NCBI GenBank assembly: GCA_004557385.1
Contig: SFEA01000005.1
Coordinates: forward strand, 27,465-91,464
Direction: 5' to 3'
DNA length: 64,000 bases
DNA from: Bacteroidales bacterium
GTDB lineage: Bacteria > Bacteroidota > Bacteroidia > Bacteroidales > Muribaculaceae
Notes under the pieces: model-generated
The model's database searches: none
What the model was told of the DNA's origin: nothing
What the model saw: the letters and a program-made list of their open reading frames with translations, nothing else
Shown here: positions 52,283-61,158 of the stretch, piece after piece
Layout of the letters: each line of letters opens with the position of its first letter
How positions within the stretch are numbered: the stretch's first letter is position 1
Program-made: the position numbers and the translations under genes

Positions 52283-54685
52283 ATGGCAATAAAGAATATA
52301 ATGAAAACTGCATCGGGCAACAGCGCATTCACCCAAAAGGTGGTGAAATGGATGTGGCTGGGCTTTGGTGGCATTGTGGCATTCTGCATAGTAATGTTCA
52401 TATTGATATATAACGGCATAGTTGGCTATATGCCGCCCATAGAGGAGCTGAAGAATCCGTCGGACCGCTTTGCCTCGATGATTTACAGCAGCGACGGCAT
52501 GGAAATGGGCCGCTTCTATCAGAGCAAAGGCAACCGCGTGTATGTGGATTTCGACGAGATGTCGCCATATCTCACTCAGGCGCTCATTGCCACCGAAGAC
52601 GTGCGTTTCGACTGCCATTCGGGCATCGACGCACGAGCCATGGTGCGTGCGCTGGTGATGCGTGGCATTTTGCAGCGCAAGAATGCCGGTGGCGGTAGCA
52701 CCATCACCCAGCAGCTTGCCAAGTTGCTATATTCGCCGCAGTCGAGCAACATCGTTTCGCGTGCTATGCAAAAGCCGGTGGAGTGGGTGATTGCCCTTAA
52801 GCTTGAACGCTACTACACCAAGGACGAAATCATTAAGATGTATTTCAATCAGTTCGACTTCCTCTATAATGCCGTTGGCATAAAGTCGGCTGCGTTTGTA
52901 TATTTCGGCAAGGAGCCTAAAGACCTCACTGTGGAGGAGGCTGCAACGCTGGTGGGTATGCTCAAAAACCCGTCGTACTTCAATCCGGTGCGCAACCCCG
53001 AGCGTTGTCAGAATCGCCGCAACGTGGTGTTCGAGCAGATGCTCAAAGCCGACTTTATCACCGAAGCCGAGGCTGCCGAACTCAAGGCAAAGCCGTTGAC
53101 GCTCAATTTCCACCGCATCGACCACAAGGACGGCATTGCCCCATATTTCCGCGAGGAGTTGCGCCGAATAATGACGGCTAAGGAGCCGGTGCTGAGCGAC
53201 TATCCCACGTGGAACTATCAGGCCTACGTCGACGACTCGATTGCTTGGGAAACCAATCCGCTTTATGGATGGTGTGAGAAGAACCGAAAGCCCGATGGCA
53301 AGAAATATAACATCTACACCGATGGCTTGAAAATTTACACCACCATCGACTCGCGCATGCAGCGTTATGCCGAGAAAGCCGTGCTCGACCATCTTGGCAA
53401 AGACCTTCAGCGCCGGTTTGTGCGTGAGCGTGGCGGCATGAACAACCCATACAGCAACAATGTGGAGGAATTGCCCCGCAACCTAAAGGCACAGTTGGTG
53501 AAAAACGCCATCAGCCAAAGCGAACGCTATAGGGTGCTGAAGATTGCCGGACTCAACGAAGAGGAAATCAAGCAGAATTTCAATACCAAGACTGAGATGC
53601 GCGTGTTCTCTTACGATGGCGGTATCGACACCGTGATGACGCCTCTCGACTCGATTATGTACATCAAATCGTTTTTGCGCACAGGTATGATGTCGATGGA
53701 ACCGACTACGGGCTATGTGAAAGCCTATGTGGGCGGTCCCGACTTCCGCTTCTTCCAGTACGACATGGCAGGGCGCGGCCGACGTCAGATTGGTTCAACC
53801 TGCAAGCCGTTCCTCTACACGCTTGCCATGGAAGAGGACTACACACCTTGCGACGAATTCCTCAACGAGATGCCCACTATTGAGGTGCCGGGCGGCGTAT
53901 GGCAGCCACGCAACTCGGGCAGCTCACGCATTGGCGAGATGGTGTCGCTGCGATGGGCGCTCACCAATTCAAACAACTGGATTTCGGCACGTCTCATCAC
54001 TGCCGACCGTATGTCGCCGCAGCAGCTGGTGCGCAAAATGCACTCGTTTGGCATCACCAATCATCTCGATGCCGTGCCGTCGCTGTGCCTCGGACCGTGC
54101 GACGTGTCGGTGAAGGAGATGGTGGCAGCCTACACTGCATTTGCCAACAAGGGCATGCGTGTCGACCCGATATACGTAACCCGCATCACCGACAATCAGG
54201 GCAACGTGATTTCGGAATTCACGCCTAAGTTCAGCGAGGTGATTAGCGAGCAAGGCTATTATAAGATTCTCTCGATATTGCTAAATGTGGTGGACTCGGG
54301 CACCGGTGCCCGCTTGCGCCGCGCTCCGTTCAACCTCACTGCACAGATTGGCGGCAAAACCGGTACTACAAACTATAATGCCGACGGTTGGTTTATGGGC
54401 TTCACACCCGACCTGGTGACCGGCGTGTGGGTAGGCGGCGAGGAACGATACATACACTTCAACAATATGGCAAGCGGACAGGGCGCCGCTATGGCGTTGC
54501 CTATCTTCGGGTTGTATATGCGAAGCGTGTTTGCCGACAAGTCGTTGCCGTATTCGCAGGACCGCAAGTTTGAATTCCCAGCCGACCTCGACCTCTGTCA
54601 GAAAGAATATCTTGGCGGCGTGCCAATCGACCAAGCCGGCGAGCCGCTCGAAGCCGAGGAATCGATTGTGGGCGTGTTTGATTAA
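52283..54685 (+). CDS. mrcA: Penicillin-binding protein 1A (bifunctional GT51 transglycosylase / transpeptidase)
   Basis: GT51 motifs ATEDVRFDCHSGID and GGSTITQQLAK. Transpeptidase motifs STCKPF and KTGTT. Confidence 0.9.
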   Translation: MAIKNIMKTASGNSAFTQKVVKWMWLGFGGIVAFCIVMFILIYNGIVGYMPPIEELKNPSDRFASMIYSSDGMEMGRFYQSKGNRVYVDFDEMSPYLTQALIATEDVRFDCHSGIDARAMVRALVMRGILQRKNAGGGSTITQQLAKLLYSPQSSNIVSRAMQKPVEWVIALKLERYYTKDEIIKMYFNQFDFLYNAVGIKSAAFVYFGKEPKDLTVEEAATLVGMLKNPSYFNPVRNPERCQNRRNVVFEQMLKADFITEAEAAELKAKPLTLNFHRIDHKDGIAPYFREELRRIMTAKEPVLSDYPTWNYQAYVDDSIAWETNPLYGWCEKNRKPDGKKYNIYTDGLKIYTTIDSRMQRYAEKAVLDHLGKDLQRRFVRERGGMNNPYSNNVEELPRNLKAQLVKNAISQSERYRVLKIAGLNEEEIKQNFNTKTEMRVFSYDGGIDTVMTPLDSIMYIKSFLRTGMMSMEPTTGYVKAYVGGPDFRFFQYDMAGRGRRQIGSTCKPFLYTLAMEEDYTPCDEFLNEMPTIEVPGGVWQPRNSGSSRIGEMVSLRWALTNSNNWISARLITADRMSPQQLVRKMHSFGITNHLDAVPSLCLGPCDVSVKEMVAAYTAFANKGMRVDPIYVTRITDNQGNVISEFTPKFSEVISEQGYYKILSILLNVVDSGTGARLRRAPFNLTAQIGGKTGTTNYNADGWFMGFTPDLVTGVWVGGEERYIHFNNMASGQGAAMALPIFGLYMRSVFADKSLPYSQDRKFEFPADLDLCQKEYLGGVPIDQAGEPLEAEESIVGVFD

Positions 54686-54770
54686 CGCCCACGCATCTAT
54701 GGGCTGATGCCGGCTCCATCCGCGCAGCCCGGCGGAATACCCACCAACCGGGTTATAACCATTTGTTTGC

Positions 54771-54879
54771 GACATTAACCGCGGAGCGGTTACAGCCTCA
54801 ATAACCCTATGTTGACGGCGTTAGCCGGCTACATAGGGAAGGTAGTCTCCCAATATAACCAACCGTGGAGCGGTTGCAG
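54771..54879. repeat. REP/MITE-like composite unit, direct orientation
   Basis: gacattaaccgcggagcggttacagc, then ataaccctatgttgacggcgttagccggctacataggg, then aaccaaccgtggagcggttgcag. It aligns along its whole length with 9061-9172, and with the reverse complements of 8905-9018 and 2911-3014. Confidence 0.7.
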
Positions 54880-54914
54880 ATTCAGTACGGGGTAAATCGC
54901 GTCTGCCTCTAAGC

Positions 54915-56090
54915 CTAAATCAAAACATTCCAACTGATGCAATGTAAAGCTCCGCCTTCGAATGCGATTTCTGTCGAATCAATTTTGAAAATATTGCATT
55001 CGGGAAAAGCCTCTTGAATGTATTGCTGGGCAATAGAATCTTCTTCAATGTTGAATGTAGGCATAATGATGTTTTTGCCAACTTGAAGGAAATTGATATA
55101 TGCCCAATTAAGGTCGGTGCATGGCGATGCCGAAACCTTGTCGTTGAAACTCATTTCGGTAACTACGAATTCGTAACTTTCAAGAATCTCACGAATGGCT
55201 TTAGCCTCTTTGGGATAGCAATCGCCGTGATTACCCATTAAAATGCGATTGTTCCCACACCACCGAATAAAACCGTCGGAATGTCCGTATTTATCAGTGT
55301 CGTCAGCATAGAAATCGCCGTGCATAGTCCAAGGTATAATAATTACAGGATGCTTAAGTTCTGTTTCAAGCATAGTTTTAAAACTTTCATTGCCTTTTTC
55401 ATATCCGTTCTCGGTGAATACTTTGTCGGTCATCACTATGTATGGGCCACAAGTAATCATATTCCCTCCGTCGATTATTAGTTTTGTTGAATGGCAGTTA
55501 ATTCCCATCCCTCTCAAAACCTTTGCAGAATCGGTTATTGAGTTTATGTCATCTTTTTTCTTGCTTTTTACAAGATAATCGGGATAATAGCGGTATTTCA
55601 AGAATTCATTCTTGCCTTGTGGTTCAACTCCTATTTCATTAAGTAGATTCAACAACCTACGGTAATACTCATGATGGCTTTCCTTTAACAATGGTGATAA
55701 AAACACAGTGTTGGTGTCTTTGTCATGTATGAGATTGTCGCACCGAATATATCTATATCGTTTTTCGATGAACGAAGAAAAGTCGCTGTAAAGACCTTCT
55801 TTCTTAGGCGTTTCGTGATAATTGCCAACTATGTAGTCCACCTTGCTCTCTGCGGTTTGATTCTTTGTCAGAATATTTATTCGAGGCATTGCCACGTATG
55901 AAACCATCCCGCTATCATGTTCCACAAGAACTGGTGTGTCTTTGAGGGTGCCAGTAGCAGTGAAGCATCTGAACAAGTCGGCGCATGCCCATGGTCCGTT
56001 TAATACTTTCAATCTGTCTTCACTTACCAACTGACGGATGAGTATGCCTCCAAAGTAGGCTTCATCGTATAATATATATTTTTTGGTCAA
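54915..56090 (-). CDS. Agmatine deiminase / Porphyromonas-type peptidylarginine deiminase fold protein (guanidino-group-modifying enzyme superfamily)
   Basis: C-terminal motifs appear in family order: LIIDGGNMI, DKYGHSDGFIRW, WAYINFLQVGKNIIMPTF and FEGGALHCISW (catalytic Cys). The only available start is TTG. The frame is continuous with ORF 56178-56396 across one TAA; see the findings. Confidence 0.65.
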   Translation of the reverse strand: MTKKYILYDEAYFGGILIRQLVSEDRLKVLNGPWACADLFRCFTATGTLKDTPVLVEHDSGMVSYVAMPRINILTKNQTAESKVDYIVGNYHETPKKEGLYSDFSSFIEKRYRYIRCDNLIHDKDTNTVFLSPLLKESHHEYYRRLLNLLNEIGVEPQGKNEFLKYRYYPDYLVKSKKKDDINSITDSAKVLRGMGINCHSTKLIIDGGNMITCGPYIVMTDKVFTENGYEKGNESFKTMLETELKHPVIIIPWTMHGDFYADDTDKYGHSDGFIRWCGNNRILMGNHGDCYPKEAKAIREILESYEFVVTEMSFNDKVSASPCTDLNWAYINFLQVGKNIIMPTFNIEEDSIAQQYIQEAFPECNIFKIDSTEIAFEGGALHCISWNVLI

Positions 56091-56177
56091 TTTCTCCCTT
56101 TTATCAGGTTTGATACAAGATGAAATGTTGCTTGCAAAGTTGAGGTCGATTCCTCCGAAATCGTTAACATACCAGCA

Positions 56178-56396
56178 TTATGCTTCCGATGTGCGAGGGT
56201 GTGTTATAATATCGCGATGCTTCTTGTTGTAGAAGAAAAATTCAATTTCTTTAAAGAGATATTTCCTGTTATTTGTTTGGATGGCAAATTTGCTAAATAA
56301 CAATTGGGCAATTTGCTCAAAACGCTTTTGGATGTCGTGCGTGTTTGTTTCGGCATCAAAAGTCATTAGCTTCCGAAGATGTTCTGTATTAAGCAT
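56178..56396 (-). CDS. 72-codon ORF, probably the N-terminal fragment of the downstream deiminase-fold gene
   Basis: ATG start. It is in the same reading frame as 54915-56090, with both end coordinates equal to 2 mod 3. The two are separated by TAA (56178-56180) and 29 sense codons. Confidence 0.4.
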   Translation of the reverse strand: MLNTEHLRKLMTFDAETNTHDIQKRFEQIAQLLFSKFAIQTNNRKYLFKEIEFFFYNKKHRDIITHPRTSEA

Positions 56397-56573
56397 GGTT
56401 TATTAATTGGGTAATTACATGTTATGACGGTTGAAATGTGTTTATACTGTAGAGACAAAGTTAAGCACAATCTCGCAAAAATAGGCAAGGCAAGAGGCGA
56501 AAATTTATGCATTCAATGATAAAAGCGAAGTTTAGTAGGCAAGGTAATAATGCATATTTTTGTACAATATAAT

Positions 56574-56618
56574 AAAAAATAATAGGAGATAGACCGTCTG
56601 GGCTACCTCCTATTTTTG
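56574..56618 (-). terminator. Bidirectional hairpin terminator downstream of the outer-membrane beta-barrel gene
   Basis: aataggag (56581-88) pairs with ctcctatt (56607-14). It is flanked by an A-run upstream and a T-run downstream. Confidence 0.55.
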
Positions 56619-56644
56619 GTTAGGTTAAGTTTGAATTGTTGTGT

Positions 56645-57274
56645 TCAAAAGAAATAGGTTGCTCTGATTTTCCAGGCGTGAATTTTGTGGGCGTTGTCCT
56701 CGAGCAGTTTGGTTTTGAACGACTGACTGATTCCCCATTCGTGCAGAGCTGACACTTGGAAGCGGCGCATCACTTCTATGCCGAAGCCCACGTGCAGCCC
56801 CAATGCGGTGGAAGTATATTTCATGGCGCCGCCGTCGCTGTTGCCCAGCATGATGTTGATGCTTGGTCCGGCAAACAGGAATGGATAGAGTTTGTTTTCA
56901 AAGCCGTCCATCTTGATGTAGCGCCACTTGAGGTTCAAAGGAATTTCGAGAATGTGCATGGTTGCCTTTTCAACGTCGATGCCTTGCGATGCCCACACCT
57001 CTTGTTGCCCAAGGTGCAGTTTTGCTTGGGTGTAATTGTAGATAAGCGAGCCGTCGACGCCCATGCCTATGCCGGGGAAGAAGATTTCGCCGTTCACACC
57101 CAGCGAGCCACCAACGGTGTTGTTGGCATCGTAGAGTTTATAGATGCCTTTTTGGTAGGCAGGGAAGCGGTTGATGTTGGCACCTGCCACGATGCCCCAT
57201 CGCGATTCTGCCGATGCGTTGACACTCGTGATTGCCATCATCAGCAACATCAGTATTGAAATGTATTTTTTCAT
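56645..57274 (-). CDS. Small outer-membrane beta-barrel (porin-family / OMP_b-brl_2) protein
   Basis: From the ATG at 57274: MKKYISILMLLMMAITSVNASA signal peptide, alternating beta-strand pattern and a C-terminal ...IRATYFF. The ORF-track extension to 57400 is unlikely to be real. Confidence 0.7.
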   Translation of the reverse strand: MKKYISILMLLMMAITSVNASAESRWGIVAGANINRFPAYQKGIYKLYDANNTVGGSLGVNGEIFFPGIGMGVDGSLIYNYTQAKLHLGQQEVWASQGIDVEKATMHILEIPLNLKWRYIKMDGFENKLYPFLFAGPSINIMLGNSDGGAMKYTSTALGLHVGFGIEVMRRFQVSALHEWGISQSFKTKLLEDNAHKIHAWKIRATYFF

Positions 57275-57601
57275 ATTCTTCTTTGTCTTGGACAATGGTC
57301 CAAATTGTTTGTTTCTGAAAATATTTGCAAATCTACAATATTTCATTGTTATGGGCAAAAATTTTTTGCTCGTTTTGCCACCAATGCCATTACTATGCAC
57401 GGTTTTTGTGTTGTTTTAAGTTTTATTATGAACATAACGGCGCCTTAGCGGCGGGCAAATTTTTACTTTGACCTTTCTCCGGAAGTTCGGCAATGCTTGT
57501 GTGATAACGTCGTTACGTCCGCTATGGCTTGCTAAATATAATATGTGGTGAACAATTAAAAGATATTGCCGTTGTATTTTGTCGGTTTGCAAAAATATTC
57601 G

Positions 57602-57639
57602 TATCTTTGAAGTCGGAAAAATTTGCAATTATTCCGACT
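57602..57639 (+). promoter_or_regulatory. -7 box TAtcTTTG (57602-57609) followed by the inverted repeat agtcgga-N15-tccgact (57611-57639) upstream of abiEi
   Basis: Read directly. The inverted repeat lies between the putative promoter and the ATG at 57660. Confidence 0.35.
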
Positions 57640-57659
57640 GAAATAAGCAAATAATCGAT

Positions 57660-58274
57660 ATGAAAAACTCAGTGGAACATAAAGTTAGAAGAATAATAAC
57701 TCGCGCAAAATATGGCACGGTATTATTCACTTCTTCGTTCCCTCAATTTGATGTGGAATATGTAACCAAACTTCTTGCTCAGTTTGAGAAAGAAGGATTG
57801 ATTACAAGAATAGCCAAAGGCGTGTATGTAAAGGCTAAAAAAACGCGATTTGGAGTGGTTTATCCCTCTGCATTTGAACTTGTGAAAGAAATTGCCAAGA
57901 GGGACAAGGCTGAAATTTTCCCTACAGGTGATACTGCTGCGAACAGGCTTGGTTTCTCCACACAAGTGCCATTGCAAGCATCATTCCTTACGTCGGGTTC
58001 TTCAAGGAAACTTAAATTGGGGAATCGAACGGTTGCCTTAACACATGGCTCACCTAAGAATTTCGCCTACAAAGGAAAGTTGATGCCTGAATTGGTGCAG
58101 GCAATTCGTAGCATTGGCAAGGCTAATATAACAGAAATGGTGGAAAATAGAGTTGCCCAATTATTATCTGCAACGCCCGAAACAGCTACAATCGAACATG
58201 ATTTGCTATTGGCGCCGGTATGGGTAAGGGAAATAATTAAACGAAATATCAAAACAGACAACGGCAATGAGTAA
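57660..58274 (+). CDS. abiEi: AbiEi-family antitoxin / transcriptional regulator (DUF6088-like)
   Basis: 204 aa with a winged-helix-like N-terminus (FTSSFPQFDVEYVTKLLAQFEKEGLITRIAKGVY). It overlaps the downstream AbiEii gene by 8 nt (ATGAGTAA). Confidence 0.7.
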   Translation: MKNSVEHKVRRIITRAKYGTVLFTSSFPQFDVEYVTKLLAQFEKEGLITRIAKGVYVKAKKTRFGVVYPSAFELVKEIAKRDKAEIFPTGDTAANRLGFSTQVPLQASFLTSGSSRKLKLGNRTVALTHGSPKNFAYKGKLMPELVQAIRSIGKANITEMVENRVAQLLSATPETATIEHDLLLAPVWVREIIKRNIKTDNGNE

Positions 58275-59337
58275 ATGGATAGACTTTTCGATAGATGAAC
58301 GTAAGGCGATGATACAAGGCGTTGTGTCAGCGAAAAATATTGATGAAGCTGCTGCGGAAAAAGATTGGTGGGTAACAGCCATATTGTATGCCTTGTTTCA
58401 CACAAGAGTTGCCGAGTATTTGCTTTTCAAAGGCGGTACGAGTTTGAGTAAAGGCTGGAATATCATTGACCGTTTCAGTGAGGATATCGATTTGGCTCTT
58501 GGTCGTGAATTTTTCTTGAATGAAAGGAATTTATCGTGTGCCCGATGCACAAGCAACACTCAAATCCACAATTTTAGAGAAAAGGCACAAGACTACATCT
58601 TTAGCGAGTTTAAGCAAGACTTAAAAGAGCAATTGTCCAAATTAGGATTAGTCGTGAGGGTGCTGGATGAAAATGAAGAAGCAGATGAAGCTGGCGAAGC
58701 GAGAAAGGTTGCTCACGATAAAGACCCATCTGTCATTTTTGTCCACTATCCATCACTTTACAATAGCTATGCTCCGTATGCAAAACCGACGGTGAAAATT
58801 GAAATCAGCGTCCTTTCTATGGACGAACCTTACGAACTTAAACGAATATCTTCACTGGTTGAAAAAGTTTATAAAGATGAAGATGTGGATTCCGACATAG
58901 TTCAGACTATCAAGACCGTAAGCCCGGCAAGAACATTCCTGGAGAAAGCATTCTTGCTTTGTGAGGAGTACCAGAAGCAAGACCCACGCACATATCGTAT
59001 GTCGCGCCACTTCTATGATTTGGAGAAGCTATCGCACACTAATTATTTGGAGATGGCATTAAATGACCCGAATCTATACTACGGCATTGTGGAACACCGC
59101 AAGAAATTCTATCATGTGGGATATGTGGATTACGATAATGAACTGCCATCGGCAATTACTATTGTTCCAAGAGCAGAGTTAGTCCCAAAGTATGAGGCGG
59201 ATTATAACGATATGCGTTCCAACTTCATTTATGGAGAGTCTTTGGAATTTACAGATTTGCTGAGATTCTTGGAGATATTGCAAGAAAGATTTCGAAAAGT
59301 TGCTCCAAGAAAAGAGAAAGATTGGGAGAAAAGATGA
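58267..59337 (+). CDS. abiEii: Nucleotidyltransferase AbiEii/AbiGii toxin family protein
   Basis: 356 aa with the family motifs LLFKGGTSLSKGW and IDRFSEDIDLAL. Confidence 0.85.
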   Translation: MSKWIDFSIDERKAMIQGVVSAKNIDEAAAEKDWWVTAILYALFHTRVAEYLLFKGGTSLSKGWNIIDRFSEDIDLALGREFFLNERNLSCARCTSNTQIHNFREKAQDYIFSEFKQDLKEQLSKLGLVVRVLDENEEADEAGEARKVAHDKDPSVIFVHYPSLYNSYAPYAKPTVKIEISVLSMDEPYELKRISSLVEKVYKDEDVDSDIVQTIKTVSPARTFLEKAFLLCEEYQKQDPRTYRMSRHFYDLEKLSHTNYLEMALNDPNLYYGIVEHRKKFYHVGYVDYDNELPSAITIVPRAELVPKYEADYNDMRSNFIYGESLEFTDLLRFLEILQERFRKVAPRKEKDWEKR

Positions 59338-59454
59338 CAAGGTGTTGTGTCTGTCGGCTCGTTAGTTGTAATCAAACAGCCTTTGCCGCAGGTGGATGCA
59401 ATGTGCGTGACGAAGATTTTGTTTCTGCGCTTTATTTTCATTATCTTTGCAATT

Positions 59455-59775
59455 ATGAATGAACAAGAAAGACAAAGAATAGAAGAAGACATCGTGAAGA
59501 TGCTTAAGACGGTGTATGACCCGGAGATACCGGTTGACGTGTATAATCTTGGGTTGATTTATAAAATCGATGTTGCCGACGATGGCGTTGTGCACATCGA
59601 CATGACGCTTACTGCGCCTACGTGCCCGGCAAGCGATTTCCTGTTTGAGGACATCAACATGAAGGTGGGCAGCATCGATGGCGTGAAGGCTGTTGAAACC
59701 AATCTGGTGTTTGAGCCGGAGTGGGACAAGGACATGATGAGCGAGGAGGCTAAACTTGAATTAGGATTCCTATAA
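59455..59775 (+). CDS. DUF59 / SufT-like Fe-S cluster assembly protein
   Basis: From the ATG at 59455: MNEQERQRIEEDIVKMLKTVYDPEIPVDVYNLGLIY...MTLTAPTCPA. A TAtcTTTG box at 59442-59449 ends only 5 nt before the ATG. Confidence 0.8.
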   Translation: MNEQERQRIEEDIVKMLKTVYDPEIPVDVYNLGLIYKIDVADDGVVHIDMTLTAPTCPASDFLFEDINMKVGSIDGVKAVETNLVFEPEWDKDMMSEEAKLELGFL

Positions 59776-59788
59776 CCTTATATATATT

Positions 59789-60541
59789 ATGCCGGGCACG
59801 CTTACATATTTCCTTTCGGATTTGCATCTTGGGGCACGCTACATAGCTGAGCCTCGCGAGCATGAGATGCGTGTGGTGCGTTGGCTCGACAGCATCAAGC
59901 ATAATGCCAAGCGCATTTTCTTGCTTGGCGACATATTGGATTATTGGTATGAATATCGCTATGTGGTGCCGCGTGGGCATGTGCGTTTTCTCGGCAAGCT
60001 TGCCGAGCTGGCTGACAGCGGCGTGGAAATCACTTGGATGACCGGAAATCACGATATCTGGCTTTTCGATTATTTGTCGAGCGAGTTGGGCATAAAGGTG
60101 GTTGATGGTCCGGTGAAGTTTACTCTCGACGGAAAAACATTCCTGCTTGACCATGGCGATGGGGTGGGGCGCCAAAAACGTTCGTTTGCCTTTATGCGCC
60201 AGCTGTTTCGCAATCGCTTTTGCCAGATGCTTTATGCCGGTATTCATCCTCGATGGACGGTTCCGCTTGCCAACGGATGGTCGAAAGAAAATCGCGTGAA
60301 GCGCAGCGCTGCCGACATTGAGCGCTGCATAGCGCACGGACTGAAGGCGCTCACCGATTTTTCGGAGGAATATTCGAAGTGCAATCCCGAGGTTGACTAT
60401 TTTGTCTACGGCCACCTGCATACGCTCATCGACGACACTCTCAGCACCGGCAAGCGAATGCTTGTGCTTGGCGAGTGGATAGGCATGTGCACCTATGCCG
60501 TGTTCGACGGCAATGAACTTATGTTGAAATCAGCTCTGTAA
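59789..60541 (+). CDS. lpxH: UDP-2,3-diacylglucosamine diphosphatase (LpxH-type metallophosphoesterase)
   Basis: Metallophosphoesterase motifs SDLHLG, LLGDILDYW, GNHD and DHGDG. Confidence 0.8.
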   Translation: MPGTLTYFLSDLHLGARYIAEPREHEMRVVRWLDSIKHNAKRIFLLGDILDYWYEYRYVVPRGHVRFLGKLAELADSGVEITWMTGNHDIWLFDYLSSELGIKVVDGPVKFTLDGKTFLLDHGDGVGRQKRSFAFMRQLFRNRFCQMLYAGIHPRWTVPLANGWSKENRVKRSAADIERCIAHGLKALTDFSEEYSKCNPEVDYFVYGHLHTLIDDTLSTGKRMLVLGEWIGMCTYAVFDGNELMLKSAL

Positions 60542-60694
60542 ATGTTGGTTCTCAGCCATTTGCTTAAGCGCAATGCTGCTGATGGGTTACTTTGTATAAA
60601 TTGCTTGATGATGATTTGTAAGTCTTAAAAAATGTTTATTAGGCAAGCGTGGAAAATTGTTTGGCAATTTGTCGGATTTTCAGTAATTATTTAT

Positions 60695-60702
60695 TATATT
60701 TG
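60695..60702 (+). promoter_or_regulatory. -7 box TAtaTTTG, with TTTG at 60668-60671, inside a 617-bp gene-free AT-rich gap
   Basis: Matches TAnnTTTG plus a -33-like TTTG. No ORF of 60 aa or more lies downstream before the terminator at 61021. Confidence 0.3.
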
Positions 60703-61020
60703 TACTGAAATATACATACTTACACAGTTGATTCTGGCAAATTTCTATTTGTGGTTGTGTTATAATTAGGTTGCAGATGCAATTTAAATTCTTCAAATAA
60801 CATTATTTAACAAATTTAATCAAGTTAATTGTTGGTTTTGCATGTTGTTGATAATTAGTGTGTTAACCTAAATTTAGATGCAAATAGAAGCAATGATGTT
60901 AAGAAAGTATGTTATAAAGCATATTTTTTTATTTGCTGAATCAGAAATAAGGATGCATATTTGCACCATAAACCTAAAACAATCTTTTTTACCTTAAAAA
61001 ATTATACCTATTGAAGACCT

Positions 61021-61051
61021 AAAAAGGGACTTTGTTGAAAAGTCCCTTTTT
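61021..61051 (+). terminator. Hairpin terminator with flanking A and T runs
   Basis: aaaaaGGGACTttgttgaaaAGTCCCttttt, followed by aattttttt. Confidence 0.6.
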
Positions 61052-61158
61052 AATTTTTTTGTATAGTGGTGATGAGGCGATGCGATGGAAAATTTTTTGT
61101 AAATTTGTAGGGAAGAAAAAAACAGATTTCGCTAACCACGAAACAAAATAAAGTAATC

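Noticed and set aside
56098-56250. A weak resemblance between ...KEIEFFFYNKKHRDIITH...WYVNDFGGIDLNF and the ExEAY...H...YVY core of 3-methyladenine (Mpg-type) DNA glycosylases
   Set aside because: Only a few spaced residues match, and I cannot verify it without a profile search. I am not reporting it as a call.
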